From a virus (lineage: Duplodnaviria > Caudoviricetes): 64,000 bases of DNA. The position numbers and the translations under genes are program-made. Shown one piece after another: positions 48,801 to 58,154 of this stretch. The DNA is taken from the IMG/VR virus record IMGVR_UViG_3300023175_000012, positions 1 to 64,000 of that record; one strand, 5' to 3'. The number at the start of each line of letters is the position of its first letter. Positions within the stretch are counted from its first letter, which is position 1. The notes below the pieces were generated by a model. It was not told the DNA's origin and did not search any database. It worked only from the letters and a program-made list of their open reading frames with translations.

Positions 48801-51532
48801 AAGTCAGTGTCTGCTGTAGTTACTTGTATGTGATTATTATCAATTCTAATTGTACCATTTATAAAATCAGTAGCATCTACTGTAGTTGCAACTAGTGTAT
48901 TTGCTTGCACAGAATCAGCAATTAAATCGTTACTGATTCTAAATGTGTTATTAGGAATTAATACTTCACCAGTTCCATTAGCTCTAAGTTCTAAGTCTGC
49001 GTTTGAACTAGTAGTTGTAATAAAGTTATCGTCGATTAGTATTTCTTCAAACTGAGCTTGTCCTGTTACTGATAGATTACCGCCAACAGCAACATCACCA
49101 ATAACTGTTTGGTTACCAGTTTGTGTAATATCACCGCCAATAGTCAAGTTACCAAGAATATCAACGTCTTGGAATGTAGAATCTCCTCCAACTATTAAGT
49201 CATTTGTAATTTCAACATTTGAATTTGGTACTAGTATCTTACCTGTTCCACTAGCACGTAATTCTAAATCTGCATTCGAAACAGTTGTTTCAATAAAGTT
49301 ATTTGTTATTCTAATGTCGCCAAAATCTGCTCCATTAGTATAAAGGTATTTCCACATCTTAGATGGATTACCTAAATTATATGTTGTATCTAGATTAGGT
49401 ATTAGGTCACTGTCAATACCTGCAACTATTTGTATAGTATCAGTTGCTTGATCACCTATTGTGATGTTGCCACCAATAGTTACATTACCAGTAACATCTA
49501 AACTACCTGCAACATTAACATCGCTGTTTAAATTTAATGTTTGTGTAAGTGGACTTATGTTTATATTACCACTTAAACTTTCTATAGTATTTCCACTTAT
49601 TCTTAAGTTACCAGTGTCAATTCTATCACCGCTTACAAAAGTTGAATTACCGCCACTTGTAAATGTTACACCTGAAGTTAAATCTACATTAAGTGCATTT
49701 GCAACAAAGTTTACAGTACCGTCATCTTGGTTAACATAAAATAGGTCACCAACTCTAAAATCACCTTTATGGTCTACTGAGTTATATCTAATCTTAGCAT
49801 CATTTAATTCAATAACTTCGTTATCTTGTAATACAGTACCTGGGTCATTAGTAACTTCTTTACCATTACCAATGTATGCTAGATTTTGTCCAATAGCATA
49901 AACAATTACACCCGGGCCGTCGCCGTATAATCCATAATTACCGTAAACCGATGCAGAGCCAATCATTCTTATTTCTGCACCAAAGTCTCTTACATCATGA
50001 TTAAGTATTGTTGTTGCTGTTACGCCCGAACCGTTTGAAATACTTTGCGGTGTTGTATCAAAATCTATAAAGTCAATATTTTTGCCGTCAATTACAAGTA
50101 CATCGTTGTCTACACTTTCAACATTTACATTTAAAACAGTTGAACTGTCTGTACTTGTAAATGTAACTGTATCGCCTGCTTGGAATGTGCCGCCGCTTAT
50201 GCCGCCTAGTCTAACAAACGTTTTACCATCGTTATACTTTCCTGCTGTGCCGTCAAACGCATACAAGCCTCTATTAGCAAAATATGTAAATGAGTTAAGC
50301 CATTCTACTCTAACACCGTTAGTTGCTTGTAGTGTGTCAACACCGGGTGTTATAAATGTAACAGCATGGAATAAACAACTTGCTTCTTTTGAATTTGCAT
50401 TTACAACACTACCGTCTAAATATGCGCCGCCACCTGCGTCTCCTGCATTAAATCCTCTTGGATCTTCTGCTGTAAGTGTTGAACCTTTTGTAATAACTGT
50501 AACGTTTCTAATGTAAGGACTTCTGCTTGTAACAGTCATATTGTTTGCAAATTTAAATGCAAATCCTGGACTATAAAAGTCTTTAATTGTAATATCTTCT
50601 ACAGTAGTTTCACCATTTAGTAAAAATGCATCATTTGTATTCGTGCCTGCTGTAGGAGTTATTGTAACGCTTCTTAATGAGTGTCCTTTAACTGTTACTC
50701 CTACTGGAACAGTTAAAGGAAATACTTCTTCATAAGCGCCTGGATAAATGTAAACAGTATCGCCTGTTGTTGCTACACTTAATGCTTGTTCTATTGTAGC
50801 AAACGGATCTTGAGGATGTGTTCCTGTTCTAGTATCATCTCCATTTTCAGCAACATAATAAATGTTACCTTGACGTAGAGTCATGTCAATACCGTCAACA
50901 AGAAGATCTGAACTGTTAATTGTTGTTGCGTTTAGATTTTGTAGCCAGACATCATCCCATCTTTTAACACTGTTACCTAATTTATAAGTGTCTGTTTGAT
51001 CTGGAATAATATCACTTGCAACAGCGGAGTTAAAAGTAACATTATCTGTATCTGCATCACCTAGTGTAATATTGCCATCAGCACTAATATTACCCGTTGC
51101 ATGTATATTACCTTCAACTTGTAAATTTGAATAAACTTCTACTTGGCCTGTGCCGTTAGGACGTAATTCTAAATTTGCATTAGAATCGTTTGTATTAATT
51201 ACATTGTCAAATATTGAAATGCTTTGAATGTCAAGTTGACGTTGATAAACAACACTATCGGCGCCAGTTGTAAGAAGATTAAGAGTATTTGCACTTTGAA
51301 TAGTATTACCAGAAATAGTAATATCAGCAATTTCTGCTATATTGTCTACTATTAAGTTGGTTGTACGTGTTGTGCCGTTAACGTGTAAGTCGTGTGATGG
51401 AGCATTAGTTTTAACACCAATTCGCTGATTGTTAACATCTAGATATAATAAGTCTGTCTCAAAAGCTAAATCGATTCCATTACGAATCAAATTAGACTTC
51501 AAGAGCGGACCTGATATGCGACCTACAGCCAT
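45878..51532 (-). CDS. Giant (1884 aa) repetitive fibre/spike protein
   Basis: About 14 DDNFITTTxSNxDLELRAxGTG repeats; N-terminal GRISGPLL; C-terminal PxGT..QRP...G..R(Y/F)N modules. Confidence 0.8.
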   Translation of the reverse strand: MAVGRISGPLLKSNLIRNGIDLAFETDLLYLDVNNQRIGVKTNAPSHDLHVNGTTRTTNLIVDNIAEIADITISGNTIQSANTLNLLTTGADSVVYQRQLDIQSISIFDNVINTNDSNANLELRPNGTGQVEVYSNLQVEGNIHATGNISADGNITLGDADTDNVTFNSAVASDIIPDQTDTYKLGNSVKRWDDVWLQNLNATTINSSDLLVDGIDMTLRQGNIYYVAENGDDTRTGTHPQDPFATIEQALSVATTGDTVYIYPGAYEEVFPLTVPVGVTVKGHSLRSVTITPTAGTNTNDAFLLNGETTVEDITIKDFYSPGFAFKFANNMTVTSRSPYIRNVTVITKGSTLTAEDPRGFNAGDAGGGAYLDGSVVNANSKEASCLFHAVTFITPGVDTLQATNGVRVEWLNSFTYFANRGLYAFDGTAGKYNDGKTFVRLGGISGGTFQAGDTVTFTSTDSSTVLNVNVESVDNDVLVIDGKNIDFIDFDTTPQSISNGSGVTATTILNHDVRDFGAEIRMIGSASVYGNYGLYGDGPGVIVYAIGQNLAYIGNGKEVTNDPGTVLQDNEVIELNDAKIRYNSVDHKGDFRVGDLFYVNQDDGTVNFVANALNVDLTSGVTFTSGGNSTFVSGDRIDTGNLRISGNTIESLSGNINISPLTQTLNLNSDVNVAGSLDVTGNVTIGGNITIGDQATDTIQIVAGIDSDLIPNLDTTYNLGNPSKMWKYLYTNGADFGDIRITNNFIETTVSNADLELRASGTGKILVPNSNVEITNDLIVGGDSTFQDVDILGNLTIGGDITQTGNQTVIGDVAVGGNLSVTGQAQFEEILIDDNFITTTSSNADLELRANGTGEVLIPNNTFRISNDLIADSVQANTLVATTVDATDFINGTIRIDNNHIQVTTADTDLFIDAAGTGDVKINSSDVVIQQNLTVNGATSLQNTQITGTITHTGDTTQTGNFNIAGEISNGNILIEDNFITTTNSNSDLELRASGTGEILIPDNNVQINNNLTVSGTTDLQDTTVNGTFTLTGDLNQTGDATITGSVTVTQDLDVSGAAQFEEILIDDNFITTTTSNTNLELRASGTGIVLIPNANVEITNDLDVQGTLTVNDINSSGTITANRFSTGDILIDDNFITTTQSNSNLELRANGTGEIIVPNNDVTFQNAVTVEGLTTLSDTTVNGTLQVQGNVTHTGDIQVIGTSTLDKVVVNQTLQLEEILIDDNFITTTSSNADLELSANGTGQVIVPNNDVVITNDLDVNGTFTVNNINSSGTITANSYSTGDILIDDNFITTTLSNSDLELRANGTGEVLIPNNDVQIDNNLNVDGSATLSNTTINGAFNHTGDTVQVGDYTQTGNANYTGNLVVSGDSQFENIQITGNVIQTTLSNSDLEFKTSGTGSVLIPSANVNVTGDLTVVGQLTVGDIQSTGTIEANNFTTGDILIDDNFITTTTSNSDLELRANGTGIVVVQDSLQATQDLTVSGNTTLNSDVTINGDVTHTGTTVQTGNFTQTGTTDVTGNLTVTGDADFEGIRLAGNSIIGTQSNADIEIKTSGTGDILFPNNDLQVTNDFVVGGTLTVGNLTATGIIEADSFTTGDILIDDNFITTTLSNSNLELRANGTGGIIAENFTINESTISTTTDDMTISPATGYTKFAGTGAINVPVGTTLQRPSSPQVGQIRYNQDLSRYEGYNGTNWIILQGVEDLDGNTKVTAELVEGQNDNIIRFYTDNTVRANIDSNRFYADRFEVDDVQIEQNTISTLTTDQDLVLSAAGTGRVVIENFAFEDNRIINTVSNSITLFENTNNGYVKFSGTGGLVIPSGTSAERPAVAYREIGMARFNTEDDRVEIFDGVNWASSAGAGSGINPSDAADLAIETVLYLG

Positions 51533-51640
51533 CTCTTCTCCTTACACGGGGATCCTGTCCCTCTAGCCTAAATTTTCAGCTCTCGCTCTTTGCTGGCTAA
51601 CCACAGTTTGACCCTGCAACATTGGTCTATGCTGCATTAA
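51533..51640 (-). ncRNA. Candidate structured 5' leader (cis-regulatory RNA) of the 1884-aa gene
   Basis: GC-rich ~105-nt leader after GATAAATA (51644-51650); hairpin TGCAGCAT/ATGTTGCA whose GACC loop is complementary to downstream GGTC; TAGCC/GGCTA and CAGC/GCTG helices. Confidence 0.5.
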
Positions 51641-51656
51641 TAGTATTTATCGTTTT

Positions 51657-51680
51657 AGAGAAAAAGGGTGGACTTACCCT
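51657..51680 (-). terminator. Terminator overlapping the stop codon of 51674-57214
   Basis: Minus strand AGGGT-AAGTCC-ACCCT followed by TTTTCTCT. Confidence 0.55.
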
Positions 51681-54600
51681 AGTATAAGAGTCCATTCGTC
51701 AAAGGCTTCGCCGAGAACTATCGCATCTGCATCACCAGTATCACCTGCAACAGATACCCATTCTGTACCGTTCCATATTTCTGCACCAGGTGCTTCTGTA
51801 TTATATCTAATTTCTCCAACAACCGGAGTTGCATCTCTAGTTGAATTGTCACCGGTAGGTAATACTATACCGCTAACTTGAGTATCAATTTTTACATATC
51901 CGTTATCAGTAGTTACAATATGTAAACCATCGTCGTTTGCAAGATTTTTAATCTTGTTGTCGTCAAACGACATATTATCAAACATCTTAACAGTACCCGC
52001 TCCATTTGGAACTAATTGCAATGCTGTATTATTTTCAGATGTAACTATGTTATTAGATATAGTAATATTTGCTGTTTTTAATGATGTGCTAATATTAACA
52101 CCGTCATAGGCTACGCTACCTACTTTAGTACCTGCTACTCTAAATTCAACTTCGTCATTGAGTGCTTGAACATTAGTCTGTGCGTCTTCACTAAACACAC
52201 CGCCAAAATACTGGTTTGCTTGACTGAATCCTTCAAATAGTCCATAATCAGTATTAAATCTAATGTCGCCGGCGTTACCGTTAGGCTCTAGCGAAGTTCC
52301 ACCGTCGTAGAACGTATCCGTTGGACCAAATACTGTTACAGCATCACCACCATCAACAGTGATAGGCTGTGGATCATTTACACCGTTACCACCATCTAGA
52401 ACTATTGTTGCTACAGATGCTACAATACGTTGTGAGCTATCGCCTATTGGAATCTGTATACTATGAGTACTATCAAACAATATTTCGTTACTGGTTATAG
52501 TTAGATCATTTCCACTAAACGTTTGTAATGTACTGTCTAACGCCCTTATACCTTCTAGATATATTTCTCCTGAGCCGCTTGTGCGTAATTCTAGATTACT
52601 GTTACTGTTTGTTGTTGTAATAACATTTTGAAATATTTCAATATCATCTGTAACTATAAACTTGTTAGCAGCTACAGCTTTTTCAATAAAAAATCCGTTA
52701 CTTGTTGCACTTGTAGCTGTTAAATTTTTATCTGCTCTACCTTGTTCTATAACAACATTTCCAGTTCCAGAACCAGTTATAGTCATGTCTCCGATATTGT
52801 TATTAAGTATTGTGCTATCTTCGAATGTAAAGTTTCCGAGATCGGTTCTTCTGTCAACAATTAAGTTTGTAGCAGAATAATCACCTGTAATATCTCTATT
52901 ACCAGTTTGTATAATATTTGCATTTACTGTTATAGGAGCATTAATTTCAGTACCTTGTAAAGATGTAGTTCCATCTATTTGAGATGTTCCGGTAACACTA
53001 AAGTTGTTGTCAATTTCAACATTTCCTGCCGCTCTAAGTTCTAAATTACTATTACTATTTGTTGTTGTAATTACGTTATCAAATATTTCTATGTCAGTTG
53101 AACTAACCATATTTTCTAATGCAACACTATCTAGAATTCTTAGACTACCAAATGACGCACTTGCTGCTGACATATCTCTACTTACAACAGTATCAGTAAA
53201 CACTACATCACCTGTGCCTGCGGTGTCAAGCACTACATCACCTGTCTGTGTATATTCTAAAACATTTCCGTCAATAGTCCAGTCTCCTAAATCAGTTTTT
53301 CTATCAACTGTTAAGGCTCCATTAATTGTGTAATCGCTTGTAAGTGTAACCGTAGAATTACCTGTACGAACAGTATCACCGTTTATGTTTAACGATCCTG
53401 TTACTGTAGTATCATCATTTATTACTGTTTGATCATTTACTGTAAAATTATTTGATATATTTAAACTAGCGTTATCAACAATAACCTGCCCTGTGCCATT
53501 AGCACGTAATTCTAAATCGCTATTGCTAAGAGTTGTTGTTACAACATTACCAAACGCTTCTATGTTTTCACTATCAATTAACGCCGCTTCAAAACTTTGA
53601 TCAGCAATAATGTTATTTGCATTTAGATCATTTACTGTAACATTTCTATCAAAAGTTGCATTATCTATTACTACCCTGCCTGTACCACTTGCACGTAATT
53701 CTAAGTCTGTGTTAGTTTCTTGAGAAGTAATCTTGTTGCCATGTATACCTACTCGTTCAAAGTCTTGATAATTTTCAGTAAGAACTAATTTGTCTGTTGT
53801 TAATTGTCCTGTTAAGTTATAGTCTTGTGCAAAGTTGGTATTGCCAACAATATTTGTAGTCCCTGTAATTTCTATATTTTCAGTATTTGTTTGGCCATTA
53901 ACATTTAAATTGTTAGAAATAGTTGTGTTGTCAACATATAATATGTTGCCACTTCCGTTAGCTCTTAAATCTAAACTTTCATTAGAAACTTTTGTGCTGA
54001 TAAAATTATCATCTATTTCTATAATACTAGGCGGAATAACAATTTCATTAAGTAGTATATCTTGAGCAACTGTAACATTTACAACATTTGCGTCATTTAC
54101 TGTTAAATTATTATTAATAACAACATTGTTGTTAGGTATAAGAACTTTGCCAGTTCCACTAGCACGTAGTTCTAAATCTGTGTTCGATGTAGTCGTAGTA
54201 ATAAAATTATCATCAACTAGGATTTCTTCAAACTGTGCAAATCCAGTTACATCTAAATTTTGTGATATTGTAAGATTACCATTAAAACTTCTATCACCTG
54301 TTTGATATGAAAACCCTGGTAGGAATGTTCCATTAACTGTTACATCTTGAAAATCACTTGCTCCAGTTACAGTAAAATTATTATTAACTTGTACATCATT
54401 GTTAGGTATAAGAACTTCGCCGGTTCCACTAGCACGTAGTTCTAAATCACTATTACTGTTTGTTGTAGTAATAAAGTTATCTTCAATTAGAATATTGCCG
54501 TTACTAATTTCACCAGCAATGTTATAGTTTCCAGTTTGGGTTAAGTTACCTGAATGAACAAGTGACCCTGTTATATCAGTTCCTTGTAGTGTTGTGTTAC

Positions 54601-57214
54601 CGTTAACAGTTAAGTCTTCTTGAATAATAACATCACTACTGTTAATTTGAACTTCGCCGGTACCGTTTGCATCTAAGTTTAAGTCTTGATTAGTGTTAAA
54701 TGCTTCTATTGTGTTGTTATTAATTCTTATTTCGTCAGTTTCTAAAGTTCCAAATGTCACAGTTCCAGCAATGTCTACATTTCCAGTCTGTAGTGTACTT
54801 TCGTTAATTAATAACCCGTTAACTCTTACTAATTCTTGTGTAGTAACTTCGCCTGTACCTGCAGCTCTTAATTCTAAATCGCTATTACTTTGTGTAGTAG
54901 TAATAAAATTATCATCAATTAGTATATTCTCTAGTTGGGCTTCTCCTTGAATGTCAAGATTTCCTTGGATATTAAAATCGTTAATACTAAAGTTTGTTGC
55001 TTCTAAGTCTGCATTACTTGTTAACACTTGTAGTGAAACATTTTGAAAAGTACTTGTTCCTAATGCTGTAAGTTGATTATTAATATTAACTTGATCTGTA
55101 ATATTAACTTTACCAGTTCCACTAGCTCTAAGTTCTAAGTCTGCATTCGATTCGTTTGAAGTAATATAATTTGTTTCTATAGTGACGCCGTCTATTTCTG
55201 CATCATTTACATAAGTCCAATTCCACCTTTTTGTTTCGTTACCTAAAGTAAAAGTTAAGTCTTGATTGGGTTCTAAATCTTGACTAAATTCTGTATTAAA
55301 CGTTACTGTGTCTGTAGGTTGATCGCCTGCTAATGAAAGTGTGCCATCAAACGTAAAGTTATCTGTAATGTCTAAATTACCTACAAGGTTAGTATTGCCG
55401 TTTAGATTTATAAAGGTACTAGCAGGACTGTCAATATTAATTTCGCCTGATAGGCTTTCAATTGTGTTGCCGCTAAATCTTATATTTTGATTTTGAACTT
55501 TATTGCCATCAATAATTGCAATATTTCCGTTAGTTGTAACAGTTAGTCCTGCTAATGCATTAACTGTAGATTCGTCAATAGTTAGTGTACTGTTACCAGT
55601 TTCTAGATCAACAAAAAACTGATCGCCTACTCTAAAATTTCCTAAATGGTCCGTAGAACTGTAATAAATTTTACCCGAGTTTAATTCAATAGTTTCATTT
55701 GTCTGTATAACTCTGCTAGGATCATTGTCTACAAATTTTCCAGATCCTATATAACCAAAGTTGTGTTGAATAAGATACATTAATGTATCAGCGCCATCTG
55801 CTTCAGCGCCTTTGTTACCGTATACGTTTGCTGAACCAATTGAGCGTAGTTCTGCACCGTACTTAATTGTACTTCCGTCTGTGCTTAAATGTCCTGTTGC
55901 ACCATTAACAGCATATAAACCTCTGTCTGCAAAATATGTAAATGAATTTAACCACTCTACCCTAACACCATTTGTCATTGTAAGTGCATCTACACCTGGT
56001 GTAATAAATGTTACAGCATGGAACAACATGCTTGCTTCATTGCTTGTACCTAATACACTTGCTCCGTCTACTAACGCACCTTTACCAGCATCGCCACTAG
56101 CATATCCTCTAGGATCGCTTGCACTAGTTGTGCTACCTTGTGTGCTTACTGTAACGTTTTGAACATAAGGACTACGTGTTGTAATTGTTGCATTAGGAGC
56201 AAATCTAAAAGCATAACCTGTGTCATTTACACTGTCATAAAAGAAATCTTTAATTGTAAAATTTGCTACGGTACTTTCGCCGTTAAGATGAAATATATCT
56301 GTAGAGCTTTGACTACTTGGCGGTGTAATAACTGTGTTTCTTAAATCGTGACCAACTACTGTAACACCTGCAGGAACAACAATTGGTGTAGATTCTTCGT
56401 ACTCTCCAGGAAATACATGGATAGTATCTCCTGCCGTTGCTTGCGTTACAGCATAATCAATAGTTTCAAATGGGTGTTGTACATGTGTACCAGTGTAGTC
56501 ATTGTCGCCATTTTTAGATACGTAATAAGTTTTACCTGGTCTATTATTAAGGTCAACTCCGCCTAATATAAAACTACTAGATTCAACAGCAACACCATTA
56601 ACAAGCCTAGTATTCAATTCTAACCAACGCTTGTTATACTTTCCTAAATCGTATACTTCTGTGACTGTAGGATCTATATTACTGTTTACATCAGTTTGAA
56701 ATGTTACAGTATCATTTAATGCTGTTGAATCATCACCGGTGTCGCCAAAAATAATGTTACCATCAAGAGTGATATTGCCTGTTGCATGTATATTACCGTC
56801 TGTATGTAGATCGCTGTAAACTTCTACACGACCCGTTCCGTTAGGACGTAGTTCTAAATTAGAATTGCTATTTGTAGTAGATATGTAATTATCATCTATA
56901 AAAATGTCGCCTGTTTTAGCGTTTGAAGATGTTATCTTATATCTAGCATCAAGAAATAATTGTCCCGGAAAAGGCTGTATTGTTGAGTTTTGAAAGTTTA
57001 TATTAGCAATATCTGCTTGTGTATCGCCGTATAATGTAGTAGTTCTAGTAGTATCTAAAACATGTAAATCGTTAGTAGGAGCATTATTTCTTATACCTAT
57101 TTTGCCATTATTAACATCAAGGTAAAGTAAGTCTGTTTCAAAGGCCAGATCAATGCCGTTTCTTTCTAGATTAGCGAATAATAGTGGTCCTGAGATTCTA
57201 CCTACTTGCGACAT
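51674..57214 (-). CDS. Giant (1846 aa) repetitive fibre/spike protein, paralogue of 45878-51532
   Basis: Near-identical N-terminus (GRISGPLL..NL.RNGIDLAFETDLLYLDVNN) and the same repeat unit; late promoter at 57233-57239. Confidence 0.8.
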   Translation of the reverse strand: MSQVGRISGPLLFANLERNGIDLAFETDLLYLDVNNGKIGIRNNAPTNDLHVLDTTRTTTLYGDTQADIANINFQNSTIQPFPGQLFLDARYKITSSNAKTGDIFIDDNYISTTNSNSNLELRPNGTGRVEVYSDLHTDGNIHATGNITLDGNIIFGDTGDDSTALNDTVTFQTDVNSNIDPTVTEVYDLGKYNKRWLELNTRLVNGVAVESSSFILGGVDLNNRPGKTYYVSKNGDNDYTGTHVQHPFETIDYAVTQATAGDTIHVFPGEYEESTPIVVPAGVTVVGHDLRNTVITPPSSQSSTDIFHLNGESTVANFTIKDFFYDSVNDTGYAFRFAPNATITTRSPYVQNVTVSTQGSTTSASDPRGYASGDAGKGALVDGASVLGTSNEASMLFHAVTFITPGVDALTMTNGVRVEWLNSFTYFADRGLYAVNGATGHLSTDGSTIKYGAELRSIGSANVYGNKGAEADGADTLMYLIQHNFGYIGSGKFVDNDPSRVIQTNETIELNSGKIYYSSTDHLGNFRVGDQFFVDLETGNSTLTIDESTVNALAGLTVTTNGNIAIIDGNKVQNQNIRFSGNTIESLSGEINIDSPASTFINLNGNTNLVGNLDITDNFTFDGTLSLAGDQPTDTVTFNTEFSQDLEPNQDLTFTLGNETKRWNWTYVNDAEIDGVTIETNYITSNESNADLELRASGTGKVNITDQVNINNQLTALGTSTFQNVSLQVLTSNADLEATNFSINDFNIQGNLDIQGEAQLENILIDDNFITTTQSNSDLELRAAGTGEVTTQELVRVNGLLINESTLQTGNVDIAGTVTFGTLETDEIRINNNTIEAFNTNQDLNLDANGTGEVQINSSDVIIQEDLTVNGNTTLQGTDITGSLVHSGNLTQTGNYNIAGEISNGNILIEDNFITTTNSNSDLELRASGTGEVLIPNNDVQVNNNFTVTGASDFQDVTVNGTFLPGFSYQTGDRSFNGNLTISQNLDVTGFAQFEEILVDDNFITTTTSNTDLELRASGTGKVLIPNNNVVINNNLTVNDANVVNVTVAQDILLNEIVIPPSIIEIDDNFISTKVSNESLDLRANGSGNILYVDNTTISNNLNVNGQTNTENIEITGTTNIVGNTNFAQDYNLTGQLTTDKLVLTENYQDFERVGIHGNKITSQETNTDLELRASGTGRVVIDNATFDRNVTVNDLNANNIIADQSFEAALIDSENIEAFGNVVTTTLSNSDLELRANGTGQVIVDNASLNISNNFTVNDQTVINDDTTVTGSLNINGDTVRTGNSTVTLTSDYTINGALTVDRKTDLGDWTIDGNVLEYTQTGDVVLDTAGTGDVVFTDTVVSRDMSAASASFGSLRILDSVALENMVSSTDIEIFDNVITTTNSNSNLELRAAGNVEIDNNFSVTGTSQIDGTTSLQGTEINAPITVNANIIQTGNRDITGDYSATNLIVDRRTDLGNFTFEDSTILNNNIGDMTITGSGTGNVVIEQGRADKNLTATSATSNGFFIEKAVAANKFIVTDDIEIFQNVITTTNSNSNLELRTSGSGEIYLEGIRALDSTLQTFSGNDLTITSNEILFDSTHSIQIPIGDSSQRIVASVATIVLDGGNGVNDPQPITVDGGDAVTVFGPTDTFYDGGTSLEPNGNAGDIRFNTDYGLFEGFSQANQYFGGVFSEDAQTNVQALNDEVEFRVAGTKVGSVAYDGVNISTSLKTANITISNNIVTSENNTALQLVPNGAGTVKMFDNMSFDDNKIKNLANDDGLHIVTTDNGYVKIDTQVSGIVLPTGDNSTRDATPVVGEIRYNTEAPGAEIWNGTEWVSVAGDTGDADAIVLGEAFDEWTLILG

Positions 57215-57243
57215 TTAAAGTTCTCCTACTTGTATTTATTGGA

Positions 57244-57774
57244 TTACTTGTCGAAGTTATGTAGTACAGTTACTGGCTTATTAAGGTCTGGTGCTGATGT
57301 AAATTTAAGATACCAACCATCAGCGTATGGAGCATTAGGGCCTGTTAAACTTCCGCTAACGCTTTGTTCTAATGTATAGTTTGTTGTGCTTATTTGAAAC
57401 ACGTTTTCAACAAATACTAGAACGTTTTGTGCGGCTACTGGAACCGGATATTCAGGATCGTTGCTTGCTAATGGGCCGAATACTGTTTCTGACGCATCGC
57501 CATTACCTAAGCTCTGTTGGGTTATTCCAACGCCAACCGGGGCTACAGCTCTAACACCGCGCCAGGCTCCGTTTTCATACACTTCAAATCTAGTATCATC
57601 TGTATTATATCTAAAGTGTCCTTCTTCAGGATTTGCTGGTCGCTGAGCTGTAGTACCTTTGGGCACACGTATACTATTAGTACTTTCCATATAGACTTGA
57701 TCGTCTACATCAAACTGTACTCCTCTTCCGTAAATTGTTCTACGGTTTGTATTTTGTGCCTTCAATAATCTCAT
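57244..57774 (-). CDS. Virion protein with a PKGTTAQRP...GHFRYN adaptor module
   Basis: Shares the adaptor motif with the fibre genes; baseplate-type VFVENVFQ...Y module. Confidence 0.65.
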   Translation of the reverse strand: MRLLKAQNTNRRTIYGRGVQFDVDDQVYMESTNSIRVPKGTTAQRPANPEEGHFRYNTDDTRFEVYENGAWRGVRAVAPVGVGITQQSLGNGDASETVFGPLASNDPEYPVPVAAQNVLVFVENVFQISTTNYTLEQSVSGSLTGPNAPYADGWYLKFTSAPDLNKPVTVLHNFDK

Positions 57775-58145
57775 TATGTAATTTCCAAATAACTAACTGT
57801 GCAAGCAAGTCTTCCTGTTCCGCTTGCTGACGGTCCTCCGTTAATTTGAACAGAGTCGCCTGCGTCTAATACTATTTTTTCTGTATCTAATGTAAATGTT
57901 TCGCCTGCTGGTAATGACAAGCGTCTAACTACAGATGTAATAGTGTCACTGTATGATCCGTTTGATGGAACAAAATGTAAATCAAATTCACAAGTTTCGT
58001 TTTCTGGATTAGACGCACTTGGGTCATAAGTATTGCAAACTAAAATATTAGTAATAGCATATGACTTATTAGCAGGAACAGTTAACATAATGTGTCTATA
58101 ATCTCCGCCACCTTGATCAATTATTGCTGTATTAACTATTGCCAT
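57774..58145 (-). CDS. Small beta-rich virion protein (paralogue family)
   Basis: AITNILVCN...EKIVLDAGDSVQI. Confidence 0.65.
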   Translation of the reverse strand: MAIVNTAIIDQGGGDYRHIMLTVPANKSYAITNILVCNTYDPSASNPENETCEFDLHFVPSNGSYSDTITSVVRRLSLPAGETFTLDTEKIVLDAGDSVQINGGPSASGTGRLACTVSYLEIT

Positions 58146-58154
58146 ATTATTTCC

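Noticed and set aside
46620-56566. Long plus-strand ORFs (e.g. 46620-47249, 48072-48698, 50082-50516, 55812-56162) opposite the giant fibre genes
   Set aside because: Antisense shadows of repetitive, codon-biased coding sequence; no RBS and no recognisable protein features
45878-57214. Periodic repeats as a CRISPR array or DGR template/variable repeat pair
   Set aside because: Repeats are in-frame coding units with synonymous variation; the few mismatches in the near-identical tract are not adenine-specific, and no reverse transcriptase or cas gene is in the window
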